DNA of 64,000 bases. Source: Monocercomonoides exilis PA203. Lineage: Eukaryota; Protista; Preaxostyla. The position numbers were made by a program, and so were the translations under genes. The stretch's first letter is position 1; each line of letters opens with the position of its first letter. Below are positions 37,980 through 49,919 of the stretch, in pieces. Below the pieces are notes generated by a model. It was not told where the DNA came from. It worked only from the letters and a program-made list of their open reading frames with translations, and ran no database searches. The stretch spans positions 372,001 to 436,000 of the forward strand of contig LSRY02000030.1 of NCBI GenBank assembly GCA_001643675.2, written 5' to 3'.

Positions 37980-40304
37980 TTATGTTACTGTGTTTTTCTT
38001 TTTCTTTGTCTTCATTTTTTTAGACTGTGATGATTGCTGTTGCTGTTGTTCTCTTGAAGGTGGTTGAGGTGATTTGTGTTGAGGTGGAGAAGGAGAAGAC
38101 GTATCAGTGGAAGAAGTGGCAGAAGAAGAAGAAGAAGAAGAAGAAGAAAAAGAAGAAAGAGGAGGGAAAGCAGACGGAGCGAAAATCGCACTGAAAACTG
38201 ATTCAGAATTGGAAAGATGCTCTTTCGGTTGGAGAGGAGATGTGGCACGAAGGGAAGAAGAATCAGCAAGAGAAGAAGAGGAGGAAGAAGAAGATGATGA
38301 TGATGAACTTCCAGAAGTGGTAAAATAAAACGATTGAGGTTGATCAGACCTCGTTGCAGCAGAAGAAGAAGATGATGATGATGATGATGATGATGAGGCT
38401 GAGGCAGAAGTCATTCCCAGCTGCGATGGTGAAGGCGAAGGCGATGAAGAAGAAAGTGATGATGACGTCAAAGAATCACGAGCATAATTGTCATTATTAT
38501 TATTATAAGCATCACTTTTAATATTGCTATTAATACTGCTATTAATATTGCTATTGCTATTAAAATGCTCCTTTCCCCCTTGGCTTTTCTCTCCTTTCAT
38601 CGTCACACACATTTCTACCCCGTCCATCACAATCTGCGCAGACGCCGCGCTTTCTGCCTCTTCCGGCGACGCAAACTCGATTTCTGCTGTTGCCCCTTCT
38701 CTTTTCGCGCCTTCTTTTGCATTTCGATCAGAAGCTGTGTCAGAATTAGAGTAAACATCTGCGTCTGTGCCAGCATCGATGTCGATGCAGAGCACATGGC
38801 CAAATTGAGAAAAGACAGAAACGAGATTCTTCTGGGTGAAGACAAGGGGAGGAGAGGGAGATGATGATGAAGGGGAAGAAGAAGAAGAAGTCAATTTATT
38901 CTTGTGCTGCTTCTTTGTATCTGCTGCACGTGAAGGCAAAGTCTGCTGTTTAGACAGAATCTGCCTCACACAGACAGTTCTGAGCAGAGAGGGTGTTTTG
39001 ATCAGCATCGGAATGATTGGAGCAGGCGACTGCACGCGAGATGAGGGAAGAGAGGAAGCAGGAGGGGATGAATAAATTCTTTGTGAGGCTGATGAAACCT
39101 GAGCGAAAGAACGAGAAGAGGAGGAAGAAGAGGAAGATGTTTGTGATTGTGATGAAAGAAATGAAGGAGAAGCGGCTTTTAAAGAAGATGACTGTGACGA
39201 GTCCGAAGAAGATGAATATGTAAAAGAATCACTTGGAGGTGCCAGAGATGGATTACTTTTTGCTTTATGAGGGGAAGGTGCTGATGGATATTTTGATTGC
39301 GTCGCATATGAATTTGGAGAAGAAGATGACGACGAGGGATATGATTGAGGCTGTTGAGCCACGTTGAATGAAGAAGATTGAGCATACAAAGCAGTATTTG
39401 TGGGAAGGCTTGTTGCAGTTGAAGAAAGCAATGGCATTTTTGATGGAGAAACTGAAGTTGGATTCTTTTTATGCAAAGTTGAAGCGCTTTCTTTTTGAGA
39501 AGGTGAAGCTTGCTGAAAAGCATAAGAGGCATTAAATCGAATGGATTTATCTGTATCGCAAGGAGAAGGAAGAAGAGGTGAAAGAGATGATGGAATTAAT
39601 GAATGATTCATTTGCGGGTGAGAAGAAAGAAGAGGTGCAGATGAAGTAGTTGCCATTAAATGTTCTGATTGAATGGGACGAATATACTCACTTGACAAAG
39701 GCTGTTCGTGCAGCAGTGGAGACTGATACAACAACGGTTTTGAAGATTGCTGAGTTCGCGAAAATGATGTAAGCTGTGCTGAATTTGAAGTCAATTTCTT
39801 CATTTCCTCTGATAAATCTTGTGAATGGCTTTTTCTATTAAATATGTCATAGTCATCCGTCTGATAAAGGTGAAGAACTTCTTGAATTATAAAGTAATTT
39901 GTAGGATTTGAATCCTGAGGTCGAAGAATGAATAATTGGGTAAATCTGGTTGGATTTGATCCCTGAACAATTCGATTTCCATCAATACAAACTGAGATGT
40001 CTCCATCAACAACAAAAACCTTAAAATAATCCAATGAAACATTCACCTTTTTCAATTGTCTTGCCCAATTCGTTATTTCTGAAATTCCATGCAATCGAGT
40101 TATCTCATTTGTTTGAAAGATAACCACATCTGCATATTCATCATAAAAGCATGGAAGAGAACCGGTTGCAAATTCAATAACCGTTAAATAGTTTGCTAAA
40201 AATGATGTTCCAATTTCTTGAACAGATATCTCGTGTGAACCTTGAGCTCTTTCAAAAAAAAAAAGTAAATAAAAGTATGCAGCAATTAAGATTTTGGTAT
40301 TCAA
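37980..40304 (-). CDS. NTF2-like + RRM protein (G3BP/Bre5/Nxt3-like); exact 5' end uncertain, probably an upstream exon
   Basis: N-terminal NTF2 fold signature (IGTSFLANY...FYDE...HGISEI...RFTQLFIL...YFIIQEVLHL), a long Ser/Pro-rich linker and a split RRM (TVCVRQI...LVSVFSQFGHVLCIDI...AEIEFASPEEAESA). A polypyrimidine-AG acceptor near 40250 suggests an intron at the 5' end. Confidence 0.75.
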   Translation of the reverse strand: MNTKILIAAYFYLLFFFERAQGSHEISVQEIGTSFLANYLTVIEFATGSLPCFYDEYADVVIFQTNEITRLHGISEITNWARQLKKVNVSLDYFKVFVVDGDISVCIDGNRIVQGSNPTRFTQLFILRPQDSNPTNYFIIQEVLHLYQTDDYDIFNRKSHSQDLSEEMKKLTSNSAQLTSFSRTQQSSKPLLYQSPLLHEQPLSSEYIRPIQSEHLMATTSSAPLLSSHPQMNHSLIPSSLSPLLPSPCDTDKSIRFNASYAFQQASPSQKESASTLHKKNPTSVSPSKMPLLSSTATSLPTNTALYAQSSSFNVAQQPQSYPSSSSSSPNSYATQSKYPSAPSPHKAKSNPSLAPPSDSFTYSSSSDSSQSSSLKAASPSFLSSQSQTSSSSSSSSRSFAQVSSASQRIYSSPPASSLPSSRVQSPAPIIPMLIKTPSLLRTVCVRQILSKQQTLPSRAADTKKQHKNKLTSSSSSPSSSSPSPPLVFTQKNLVSVFSQFGHVLCIDIDAGTDADVYSNSDTASDRNAKEGAKREGATAEIEFASPEEAESAASAQIVMDGVEMCVTMKGEKSQGGKEHFNSNSNINSSINSNIKSDAYNNNNDNYARDSLTSSSLSSSSPSPSPSQLGMTSASASSSSSSSSSSSSAATRSDQPQSFYFTTSGSSSSSSSSSSSSSLADSSSLRATSPLQPKEHLSNSESVFSAIFAPSAFPPLSSFSSSSSSSSSATSSTDTSSPSPPQHKSPQPPSREQQQQQSSQSKKMKTKKKKNTVT

Positions 40305-40586
40305 ATATCAGTGAGATATTTAGATAATATAATTATATAATAATTAGCATGCTTCAAACATCATATAAAATTGTAGTGATTTTATTAAAAAAAAAAGAAA
40401 TTGATCTTTCTTGAGGAGTGCCTTAAACAATTTATTGGATATATATAAATCTCAGAAATGATGGCTTTTTATTAAAAATAAAATTATTTTCAATTAGAAC
40501 GAAATTAAATTATGACTGATAAGTTTTATATCTTCAGAAATTTCTAATCGAAAATACGAAAAAAGGGCACCTTCCTGATTTTGGAG

Positions 40587-42533
40587 ATGAATTCACACGA
40601 GTTAAACGTAAAGCTTGTTGAAGAAGGGCCCGACGAACCATTTATTGAATTAGAAAATATTCATAAAACATATTTGCTTGGCGTTGAGGGAGTTGCTGCA
40701 CTTCGGTTTGGCAAACTTTTTATTCAATTTGAAGATTGTGAAATAATATGTTTTTATTAATGATACTTGATATTTAGGGGAGTTGACTTAACCATCAAAA
40801 GAGGGGAATTTGTGATGATTTGCGGAACATCTGGAGGAGGGTTCGTCATTTTTCCTCTCTCAAAGTCAAAATTTTTTTCATTTATCTTTTAGAAAGAGCA
40901 CAATGTTGAATATCATGGGAACGATTGACAAGCCAACAAAGGGCCGTGTTAGTCTTTGTGGGACAAGTTTGTATTTTCTGTAAAACAAATTTTTTTATAA
41001 ATTCAACTTATATTTTGTTTCTTTAGAAATTACTCCAAGGACAACGGATGATGAACTAGCAAAAATAAGACTGGAACATTTGTATGATACTTTTTTTTTA
41101 ATTGAAATGTTTCACAATGGTAAATATTGGGGTTTTTTTTATAAAGAGGTTTTGTTTTTCAAACTTTCAATCTTCTATCTTCCATGACTGCACTCGAAAA
41201 TGTGGAGCTTCCTCTTACGTTCAGAGGGTTAGGACCAGCTAAAAGAAAGGAGCTTGCAAAGTCCCTTCTGGAAAGTGTTCAGATGGGTGATCGTTTGGAT
41301 CATTTTCCGAATATGCTTTCTGGAGGAGAACAGCAGCGTGTGACTATTGCACGTGCTTTGGCAAACAGTCCAGAACTTCTTCTTCTTGACGAGCCAACAG
41401 GAGATTTGGATACGCTTAATACAAACAACGTTATGCGTATTCTTCTCGATTTGAACAAAAAAGGCATAACCATGGTGATGGTCACTCACGATATGAATCT
41501 CATCAACTTTGGGTCTCGTGTGATTTTTATGAGAGACGGAAAGATTGCATCGAATCGCGAGATTACTGCAAAGGAAAGGCAGGAAAAAATAGAAGAACTG
41601 GAAGAGCAGTTGAAATTGGGCAGGGACGGCAGGAAAGAAAAGCTCAAGAAAGAGAAGAGAGGAAGGAGAAAAACCGTGTCAACAGTGAAGCAAATAGAGG
41701 CAGAGGCAGAAGATCTCAAAATGGCTGGCAACAGTTCTGCGACTGGAGATGGAGCCAAAATCGAAGAGGGGCTGGAGAAGAAAGATGAGCAGCTCAAATC
41801 GGATGCTGATAAGACTTCGTCTGAAGGCAAAAATGGTGCTAATTCTGGAGAAAGCAATGCAATCGCGCCTGCATCTTCGTCCGTTGATGCGGGCAAATCG
41901 CAGCTCAATTTTTCGATTAATTCAGAGCCAGGGAGCGAGACAGAGACAGAGTCTGGATCCGAAACGGAGGCCAACACGCTTATTGCCGTTGATTCAACCG
42001 CTGTGTCTGGGTCTGTTTCCTCTTCGTCTCAGAGTGCAAATGAAGGAATGCAAAAGATGTCGCCCTTGTCGCAGCCGCCTGTCACGACGCACTTGCACCG
42101 CAGGCAGATCCCCCGCCACTCAGCTGTGAGGTATCCGGGTGATTATGACCCAGTGTTCTTCACAGATCCCAGGCTGGGAACAGAGAAAGGGTATGAGATT
42201 AGATGGAACAAGAAAACGAAGTCGATTGAAAAGAGAGACGGATTAGACGATAATCCGTACTCAAACATTCGAGAAGACGTCAAAGTGGATTCCGCGAAGA
42301 ACAAGAAAACTGACAAAATGTCTGGCAAAATGCTTGCTGAGTCGCTGGGGAAAATTGTTTACTCTGAATGCGAAGTGCTGGAGAAAGACAGTGAATTAAT
42401 TCGGAAGCAAAGGGAGCAGGTTGAACGGGATGATGCTTTCGAAGAGGCTGTCATGGCATTAAAGAAAAATGAAGCAGCTTCGGCTTCTTCTTCCTCTTCT
42501 TCTTCTAATTCGTTTCTGTCTGAATATACATAA
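40587..42533 (+). CDS. Stand-alone ABC ATPase of the LolD/MacB/FtsE type with a long low-complexity C-terminal tail
   Basis: Exons 40587-40705, 40778-40840, 40893-40966, 41027-41081 and 41147-42533 give [82 protein letters not shown] and MVTHD. No TM segments. Confidence 0.9.
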
Positions 42534-43448
42534 GTAATTTGTTATGTTTAGATTTCATTAATTAGGAGAAGATTGTTTGATTGAATGCAGTTTTAAAAGC
42601 GATTGAGAAGACTGAAAAATATATTTTTGTTTACCACTTGAATTGTATTTTGTGGGATTTTGTGATGCTTTTTTATTATTTTTTATTATTATTATTACAA
42701 TTTTAAAAAAAAATAATTAACTTTTTCAGCTTTTTTATTTGAGACTGTATGATGTTTTTGTTAACTTTATATCTTGTTTTTTATTATTGTTTTTTTAAGA
42801 AAAAGATTATCCGTAATATTAATTTTATGAATTTTATATTTTATTGCTTTTGTTTTGATGCAGCTATAAGCTGGTTATCAATATTCATTCAGTAACGTTT
42901 ATGCTTTAAAAGAGTAAATTTTTTTTATTCTCCACTTTCTTCTTATTCATGATTGAAAAATTTTTTCTGGTGCTGAAAGATTTAAAGTTGTACAACATCT
43001 TATTGTAATTGTTCTAATCGTCTTGTTCAAAAAATGTCTTTCAGAGATAGTTTGTCAATTATGCATTGCTTATAAATGCTGCGTCATTAACAGTTTATTC
43101 TGAAATTTCTTTGTTGCAACTTAATTTAGATAAAGAATCTCTTGCAATTTTATTGTCAAAAGTTTAATTTTGAGATTTTTTTCCTTTTAATTTTCTTTTT
43201 TAAATGTTATTTTTAATCATTTCTTTCATTCATTTCTGCCGAGCCAAAACAAGCAATACCTTTGGATGAACTCTTAATGAAGTTTCGAATTTTTTTTATT
43301 TTAGAATTTCAGCTTTTTCGTATTTTGAGGAAATTATATAAATAAAGGTACAATTTCTGATCCTTTTTGAAATTACACTTTCGTTGGAGTTTTGATCAAA
43401 AAATCAATCTCAATGGGATTCGTGTCAAAATATGTTTTTGCGATAGCA

Positions 43449-43731
43449 AAATGGGTGATTATTTTTGAAATCATAACTGTTTACTAGGTGTTTATGATTG
43501 TGTCAATACGTTGTCATTTGCAATATGGGGGAAAATATGGACTTTCAAGCTATTTTTGCACATGGAATTGAAAAATTGCTTAATTTATAGCTTTATTTTG
43601 TTTTCTCAGAATTCAAAACAGTTTTGATTTTCATATCCTTAAACAATCATCATTGAAATCAAAACGGAAAGTTTTCCAACATTTCACGAATTTCAAAAAA
43701 TGGACCCATTTTTATTGTGTTTTTGAAATTG

Positions 43732-43768
<37 letters not shown>

Positions 43769-44539
43769 AAAAGTTCCTTTGGTTTTATTTTCTAATAAAA
43801 TAAAAACTTCATTTTCCGATCAAAGTTCTGTTCCCACTCATCAAATTTCGCTGAAATGAAAACAAATTCTAGACAATGTTTATATTTCTATTTTGGTGAA
43901 GTTTCGTGAGTGGGAACAGAACTTTGATCGAAATGAAATTTTTATTTTATTAGAAAATAAAACCAAAGGAACTTTTCAAAAAAAAAAAGCAATTTCAAAA
44001 AACGCAATAAACATGGTTCCATTTTTTGACATTCGTGAAATGTTGGAAAACTTTCCGTTTTGATTTCAATGATGACTGTTTTCAGATTTGAAAATCAAAT
44101 TTATTTTGAAATCTGAGAAAGCGGAAAAAAGTGATGAGTGAATCAATTTTTTCAAACTTTGTTCATAAAAAGCAAGAAAGTCTGTATCCCCTCCCCCCTC
44201 ATTTATTATATGCATTGCATCTGTATGTTGCAAATATATCTTGGACTTCAAAATCACATAGAAGGACTTCGAATCCATTATCAATGACATTGGATTCATA
44301 TTTTTTTAAAAAACTCAATGTCATCATCGATTTATTGTAAGAAATGATATGATATGGGAGATAACTTATTGTTAACATATTGCATCATGCAAATTTTACT
44401 GTTCATTAATTTTAACTTAAATGCAAACTTGTTGTGTTGAATCTTGTCTTTTTATTCGAAATTGTTTTTCAAAGACAATCAACCCAAGAGAAAACAGCAC
44501 TCAGAAAAAAGTTATGACAACGAAAATAATCGCCTATAT
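43449..44539. mobile_element. Expanded MITE-family copy (reverse orientation) enclosing a foldback palindrome
   Basis: Ends ATGGGTGATTATTTTTGAAATCATAAC (43451) and GTTATGACAACGAAAATAATCGCCTATAT (to 44539) are inverted with respect to each other and match the TIRs of 8602-8868 and 9161-9427. Confidence 0.55.
43525..44200. repeat. ~680-bp foldback palindrome centred at ~43873
   Basis: Near-perfect inner arms ~43640-43840 / 43907-44085 (e.g. CGATCAAAGTTCTGTTCCCACTCA / TGAGTGGGAACAGAACTTTGATCG; poly-T vs poly-A of different length), with more diverged outer arms. Confidence 0.9.
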
Positions 44540-44960
44540 CGAAATGAATCACTAATATATTTTATAACAAGAAAGAAAGAATAAATTAATGAAAATGCTT
44601 TGTTGCAATTATTATGGAACTGAAAAAGAAGAAAATGAAAAAAGCAAACAGTCAGAAACAATAAAGTTATTCAATAGATAAATTTTTCTTTCGAATTTTT
44701 CTTTTTCAGTGTCTTTGTTACTGTTATTATCAAATTCAAAACATGCGTTTGTTACGAAAAAAGAGATGTTAAAAAGTGAACCTAATTAATAATGTATTGA
44801 CAAGTTTCCTTTAGGTGAATAATTAGTGTTCATCCTTTAAATGCAATAAATAGAAACTAATTATATTTCTTGCTCTTTTCGTTAACTCAAGCTTTCAAAA
44901 AATCAAATACCCAAACCTCATACTCCCATAATAATTTCTTAATTTTGTCAAATCTTATTT

Positions 44961-47246
44961 ATGCAAGAAAGTCGGGAGGCATGCTACGATTCAAAAGAGC
45001 CTTTTAGAGGTTGAGCGACTTAATTTTATTTCCTTTTTCATGTGAAGTGGTTGCATTTTCGTTGTTGAAGAATTCGTCTGCAAGTTGTCGCAGCAAGAGA
45101 ATGTTTCTTTCGCTCAACTTTCCGAAATGCAGCAAATGCTGACGTCAAACCCATCGAGCCAATTCGCTGATCTATTTGATGTTGCGACATGGAATGCGCT
45201 CATGTCTTTCCGCTGCAAAGACTGCGCGGATGAAACTGGATTGTATCTCGAAATTATCAGCACCATGCTTGCTCGGATGATTGATCCTTCGTCTGACGAG
45301 TTGGCTCCTTTGCTTCCGCGCCATTACACGTTTGGGCATTTGGAGCGATTTATTCCAGATGTGCGGCACAGATTCCCCTTTTCTGAGAAGATTATTTCGA
45401 TGAGCTCGATATTGTGGTGCCTGATTCATTATCCGACCGGCGGAGCAGATGCCAGCCTGCTGCCTTATGCACACGCCATTATTGATTTACTTGGGCCAGA
45501 CTCATTTTGCAGAAATTCACCTGATTATGTTGTTTTGAGTCTTCAGGCTTTGTATTGTGTGACAACAGTCGATGGTTTGCCATATCCAAATATATTTTTA
45601 TTTTTTTTTATTTGACAATTTCATTATTCATGTTATCATTCAATTGTTTGCATCTTTGATTTTTCTGTTGAGCCTGCCGCAGCATTATTTTGCCTCTTGG
45701 AGCAGCACGTTCTGTTTGCAATTGCATTTTGCATCCAGCTTATCCTGTTATTCTTTGGAGTCTGCGTGTTCTTTCGCAGCCAGCCATGCGAAACGAGGAT
45801 GTTGCCAGAGAGTTGGTTGAGTTGAATTTTGTTGACATGCTCATGAAGATGCTGTGCAGCTTGCAATGGAGCGATGCTGGCAGCTGCAATTCATCCAAAA
45901 GCGAGGAAGAAGAGAAAATGGAGCCACATTCATTGGAGAGCATGGATACAGCGTTGAATACTGCTTGTTGTTCTGGGGGCCCAAGAAAATCGAGATCATC
46001 GGGCGTTTCATATCCAGTGATGTCCTCTGGTGAGCATCAGGTCTCATCATTTTCGAAGTTTTCTGTGAGTGAAAAAGAGAAGCTGGCCTCTCTGGGGTTG
46101 TTTGTGGCAGCGCGGTTGGCTTACAACTCGAGCGAGTTTGCTGATGAGCTGGTCAAACGAAGGATGAAAGAGAAGTCTGTTGTTGACATGATATTTGATT
46201 GCTTGGAATATGAAGGAGTTTGCATTGAAACTGATGATGAGAGTTCATCTTCATCATCATCATCGTCATCATCATCTTCTTCTTCTTCAAACATTTCAAG
46301 CATTTCAAACATTCACATCAACTCCCTGTTTCTTCTTCGAAACATATTTTACAGCTGCTCTGCTCGACAACTCTCGTTTCTGCTGGAGTCGTGCTTGTCT
46401 GTTTGCGAGAAGACAAAAACACACAGCGAAAATGCAGAAGATGGAAAGGAGGAGGAGGAGGAGGAGGAGGAGGAGGAGGAGGAGGAGGAGTGCAACGAAG
46501 GCAGAATTGGAGAGAAAGAAGAACCAGAGGGGATTGAGAAGGAGAGTCGTGCAGACAGAGAAAAGAAGGGAAAGGAGAAGATGCAGAAAAGAAGGATGGC
46601 TGGACAGGCGCCTGCAGAAGGTGTGGTTGGGAGGATGATAAAGAGGCTGGGGAGACTGAAAGACACGGGAGTGCAGATGATGCTGTGGGCAATAGAGACA
46701 GCCATTGTCAGAGAATGTGAAAACAAAGAGAAAGAGGAGAAAGCGAAGGAGAAAAGGGATGATGGTAAAACAGAGAAGGAATGCAAAGAAGAAGAAGAAG
46801 AAGAAGAAGTTGAAGCACACACAGAAAACGAAGAAAGAGGAGCATCTGCAACAGGAATTGGGCTGGCGGAAATGGAAAGGAGGAAGAGTGTTCTGAGAGA
46901 GGAATTGGCTGAGATTCAAAAAAAGGAAAGAGAAAGCAAACACGACGAAAAACCAGGATCTTCGCAGCATTCTCCTCACTTGCAATCAGCCAGAGGAACT
47001 GTGATGCGAACCTCTGAGGCAAACAAGCATTGTTCGAGTTCTCCAACTTCAGCATCTTCATTGGCATTCTCTCCTGCTTCATCAGCATCTTTGCGTTGCG
47101 ATGAGCAGGGAAAAGTTCTGAACACGATGGAGGAAGAGGGAATGGAAGACATTTTTGTGGCGTTTCTCGTTCATTCGGACGATGTTGCGCTGAAGAGTGT
47201 TTCGAATTCGCTGGAAATGTTCAACAGATGGCTGAAGCATGCTTGA
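44961..47246 (+). CDS. Hypothetical protein, predicted helical (ARM-like) with poly-Ser and poly-Glu insertions
   Basis: Exons ~44961-45009, 45071-45574 and 45673-47246 join in frame via GT..AG introns, linking ORFs 45085-45615 and 45690-47246. Amphipathic helical segments; (GAG)n at ~46448-46490; ends NTMEEEGMEDIFVAFL...KHA*. Confidence 0.7.
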
Positions 47247-49919
47247 ATGAAGAGAAAAGAGAAGCGATAAACATTCGCAGCAACGAACTCCATTCAAAAC
47301 GATATTATCCACATATTTCTTTCTTTCTTTTTTGAGAGAAACACAACATTCTGTTTTTGAGAAAAGTTGTTTGTTTCAGGAATTTATTTGCGAACTCTTG
47401 TTTGATGAATTTTTTCTTTTCCAATTTCTTTTTTGCTTTTTCATTTGCCAAACTTTAAGTTATTTGCAATTAATGTTTTATCTGTAGAATTTAAATTGAA
47501 AATTCATGTTGTTTGAAGGAATAATTATTCAAGCCCACAATAATTATTGAGCAATCGTTTTTTCTTTTTTTGAAAGTAATTCATCGACAACGGAAGAAGG
47601 CTTCTCGTTTAGTCCTTGGGTGCGACTAAAACATTTCTATCTGGCTTATGACAATCTTTGCTTGAGGTGCATGTTCCTACTTGTGTGGAAGAGGAAATCG
47701 ATTGTTATTTCATGGTCAAGCAAAGATACAGTCGAGCTATGATTGTAAAAGCAGACGAGAAAAATACCAGATATGTTTGTGGGTGTATTACCGCATGGTG
47801 CATTTCTGCAAAATACATCCGTATCAAAGTCTGTGCTGTTTCTTATTAATTATTTATCGATTGAATGCTGTCAAAATAGGTGAAGAAAAGTCATGTCACA
47901 CGCATGCCCAAAGAAAACTGAATCATTTTAAGCCAATTTGTTATATTCTGCTCTCTGCGACAGTTTGAATTCCAATCCATGACTTGAAGGCAACACGTTT
48001 TATTCGTTATCTGATGAGAATTGCAGAAAGCCATCTCCTTCAATGATTCAAAACGAATTGTTTTTCTCTGTCTGAATGCATGCAGTTTGATTATGCGCTT
48101 CTGCGATTTTAATGTTATCTGCTGTGCCTGAAAGGTGTTTTTGAAGAATAAAATGAAATTATCAAATTCCAGCAGTTGCTGTGTCGAAACTATTCATGCA
48201 TTATCACCTTTTTTTGAAGATTTGCAAACACCCGAGGAAGCAATCAGCAAATTATTTTGAAGCAGAGAAGTCAAAAGAAAAGAAGATGAGAAATGGTGTT
48301 CAGGGGAATTGGATTTTCAAGCGAAACATCAGAATTATTTCACAACCTCCGCTTCAACATGGAGACAAATACCGGAAGATGTCTGATAGCCTCGAACACA
48401 TCCATTTTCGGAGGATGCATGGAAATATGTGATTGAGTTGGATATGCTTGATAAAGTGCTGCATGGCAATGGTTAAAAGAGAATGCGGATTTTTAACTTT
48501 TTGAAAGTTAGAGGATGAGAAAAAGTGAATCATGCTAAATATTCTCTGGGGAAAAAAAAAGAGCAACAGAAAGGCATGTTAATTGGAGAAAATTCCGAGG
48601 ATACCAGAAATTGAGGTTTGTATCTTTCATTTGGATTCTGCATGTCTTTATTTATTTTGATCTGAAACCTTGTTGATGCCAGGTTCAAATTCAGAAAAGC
48701 GAAACATCACTGTATTTTGAAAAGAAGAGAATGGGTCTCTCTCTTTTTTTTTTTTTGAAGGACAGATTGTTCAACAGATAATCATGCTGAAGAGAAGAAG
48801 ATAATTGCTGAAAGAGAAATCGGCTGTGGGGATACAAGAAGCTCACTGAAAAGGGTATGAAATATTCGTGAAATTATTTGAGCTATTTTGAGGCTTTTGT
48901 GCTTCATTCAAAATTCGAATATTTGATTGAACAGTTCATTGACGACAGAAGGATTACCAATGAAGAATATGGAAGAGTGTGCTGTTTTCTGTTTCATAAT
49001 TTTTGAGTGAATTTATTTTTCTTTAGAGTTTTTCCTTTTTCCTTTTGTTATTTAAAACATTTGCTGGAAAATGACCAAATCCATTTTTGAATTAATCTTT
49101 GCTTGGATAATTCATGGCTTATTGTTTTCATTGTTTATCTTGTTGTCACGCTCTGAGCACAGCTTTGTTTAATGTTTACGACACCAAATATCTTTCTCTT
49201 TTGTTTGACGATTTTGGAATTCCTGAAAATGAAAAAGCCAAGTCAGCTCAAAGAGCTTCAAACAATTTCAAAAAAGCAGAAGAACCGATTATTTTTCCTC
49301 CTGTTTCTATTCCTGTTCCGATTCGCATCCACGCACATCATTTGAAAGAAATGATTCAAATCCAAAAAATACTTCAGAAGATACCGCCTTCATATCTCCA
49401 TTGGATTTATTTGGTGCCAAGGATTTGAGAAAGCGAAGATCAAACAATTTCAATTTTCCGAGTTTGTGATTCAACAGGCTTTTTGATTTTTTGCTCTTTG
49501 CTTCAAACAGATGATTTGGAAACATTTTTTATTATTGTTCAGGATGATGTTCTTTCTGATGCGCACTTGTTTTGAATGAGGTGCTGATTTCCTTTCATTC
49601 TCTAAAAAAGCAAGATAAGCTGCCCCTTAAACTCTCTCGCAACTCGTTCTCTTGAATGATTTCCAGTGAAATTGGAAATAGCAAACAATGAATTACTCCT
49701 ATTTAAATAATTCATTTTGTGTTTTCAAAACAAATTATCAAAGTTCTTCATTTTTTTCATTTTTAATTTTTGATCTTGGTTTTTTATTGTTATGGTTTGA
49801 TCGATTTGTTCGATTTTTTTGAAGTTGTTATTTCCAGGACCAGCTCGCTGCTCGTCTTCCAAACAGCAACAATTTGATAGAGAAATTGTCTGAGAATCCA
49901 TATTAATCAGAAAGAACAT

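Noticed and set aside
47580-49600. Coding-like composition upstream of gene C (possible retroelement relic)
   Set aside because: No RT, RNase H, integrase or recombinase motif and no terminal repeats could be identified.
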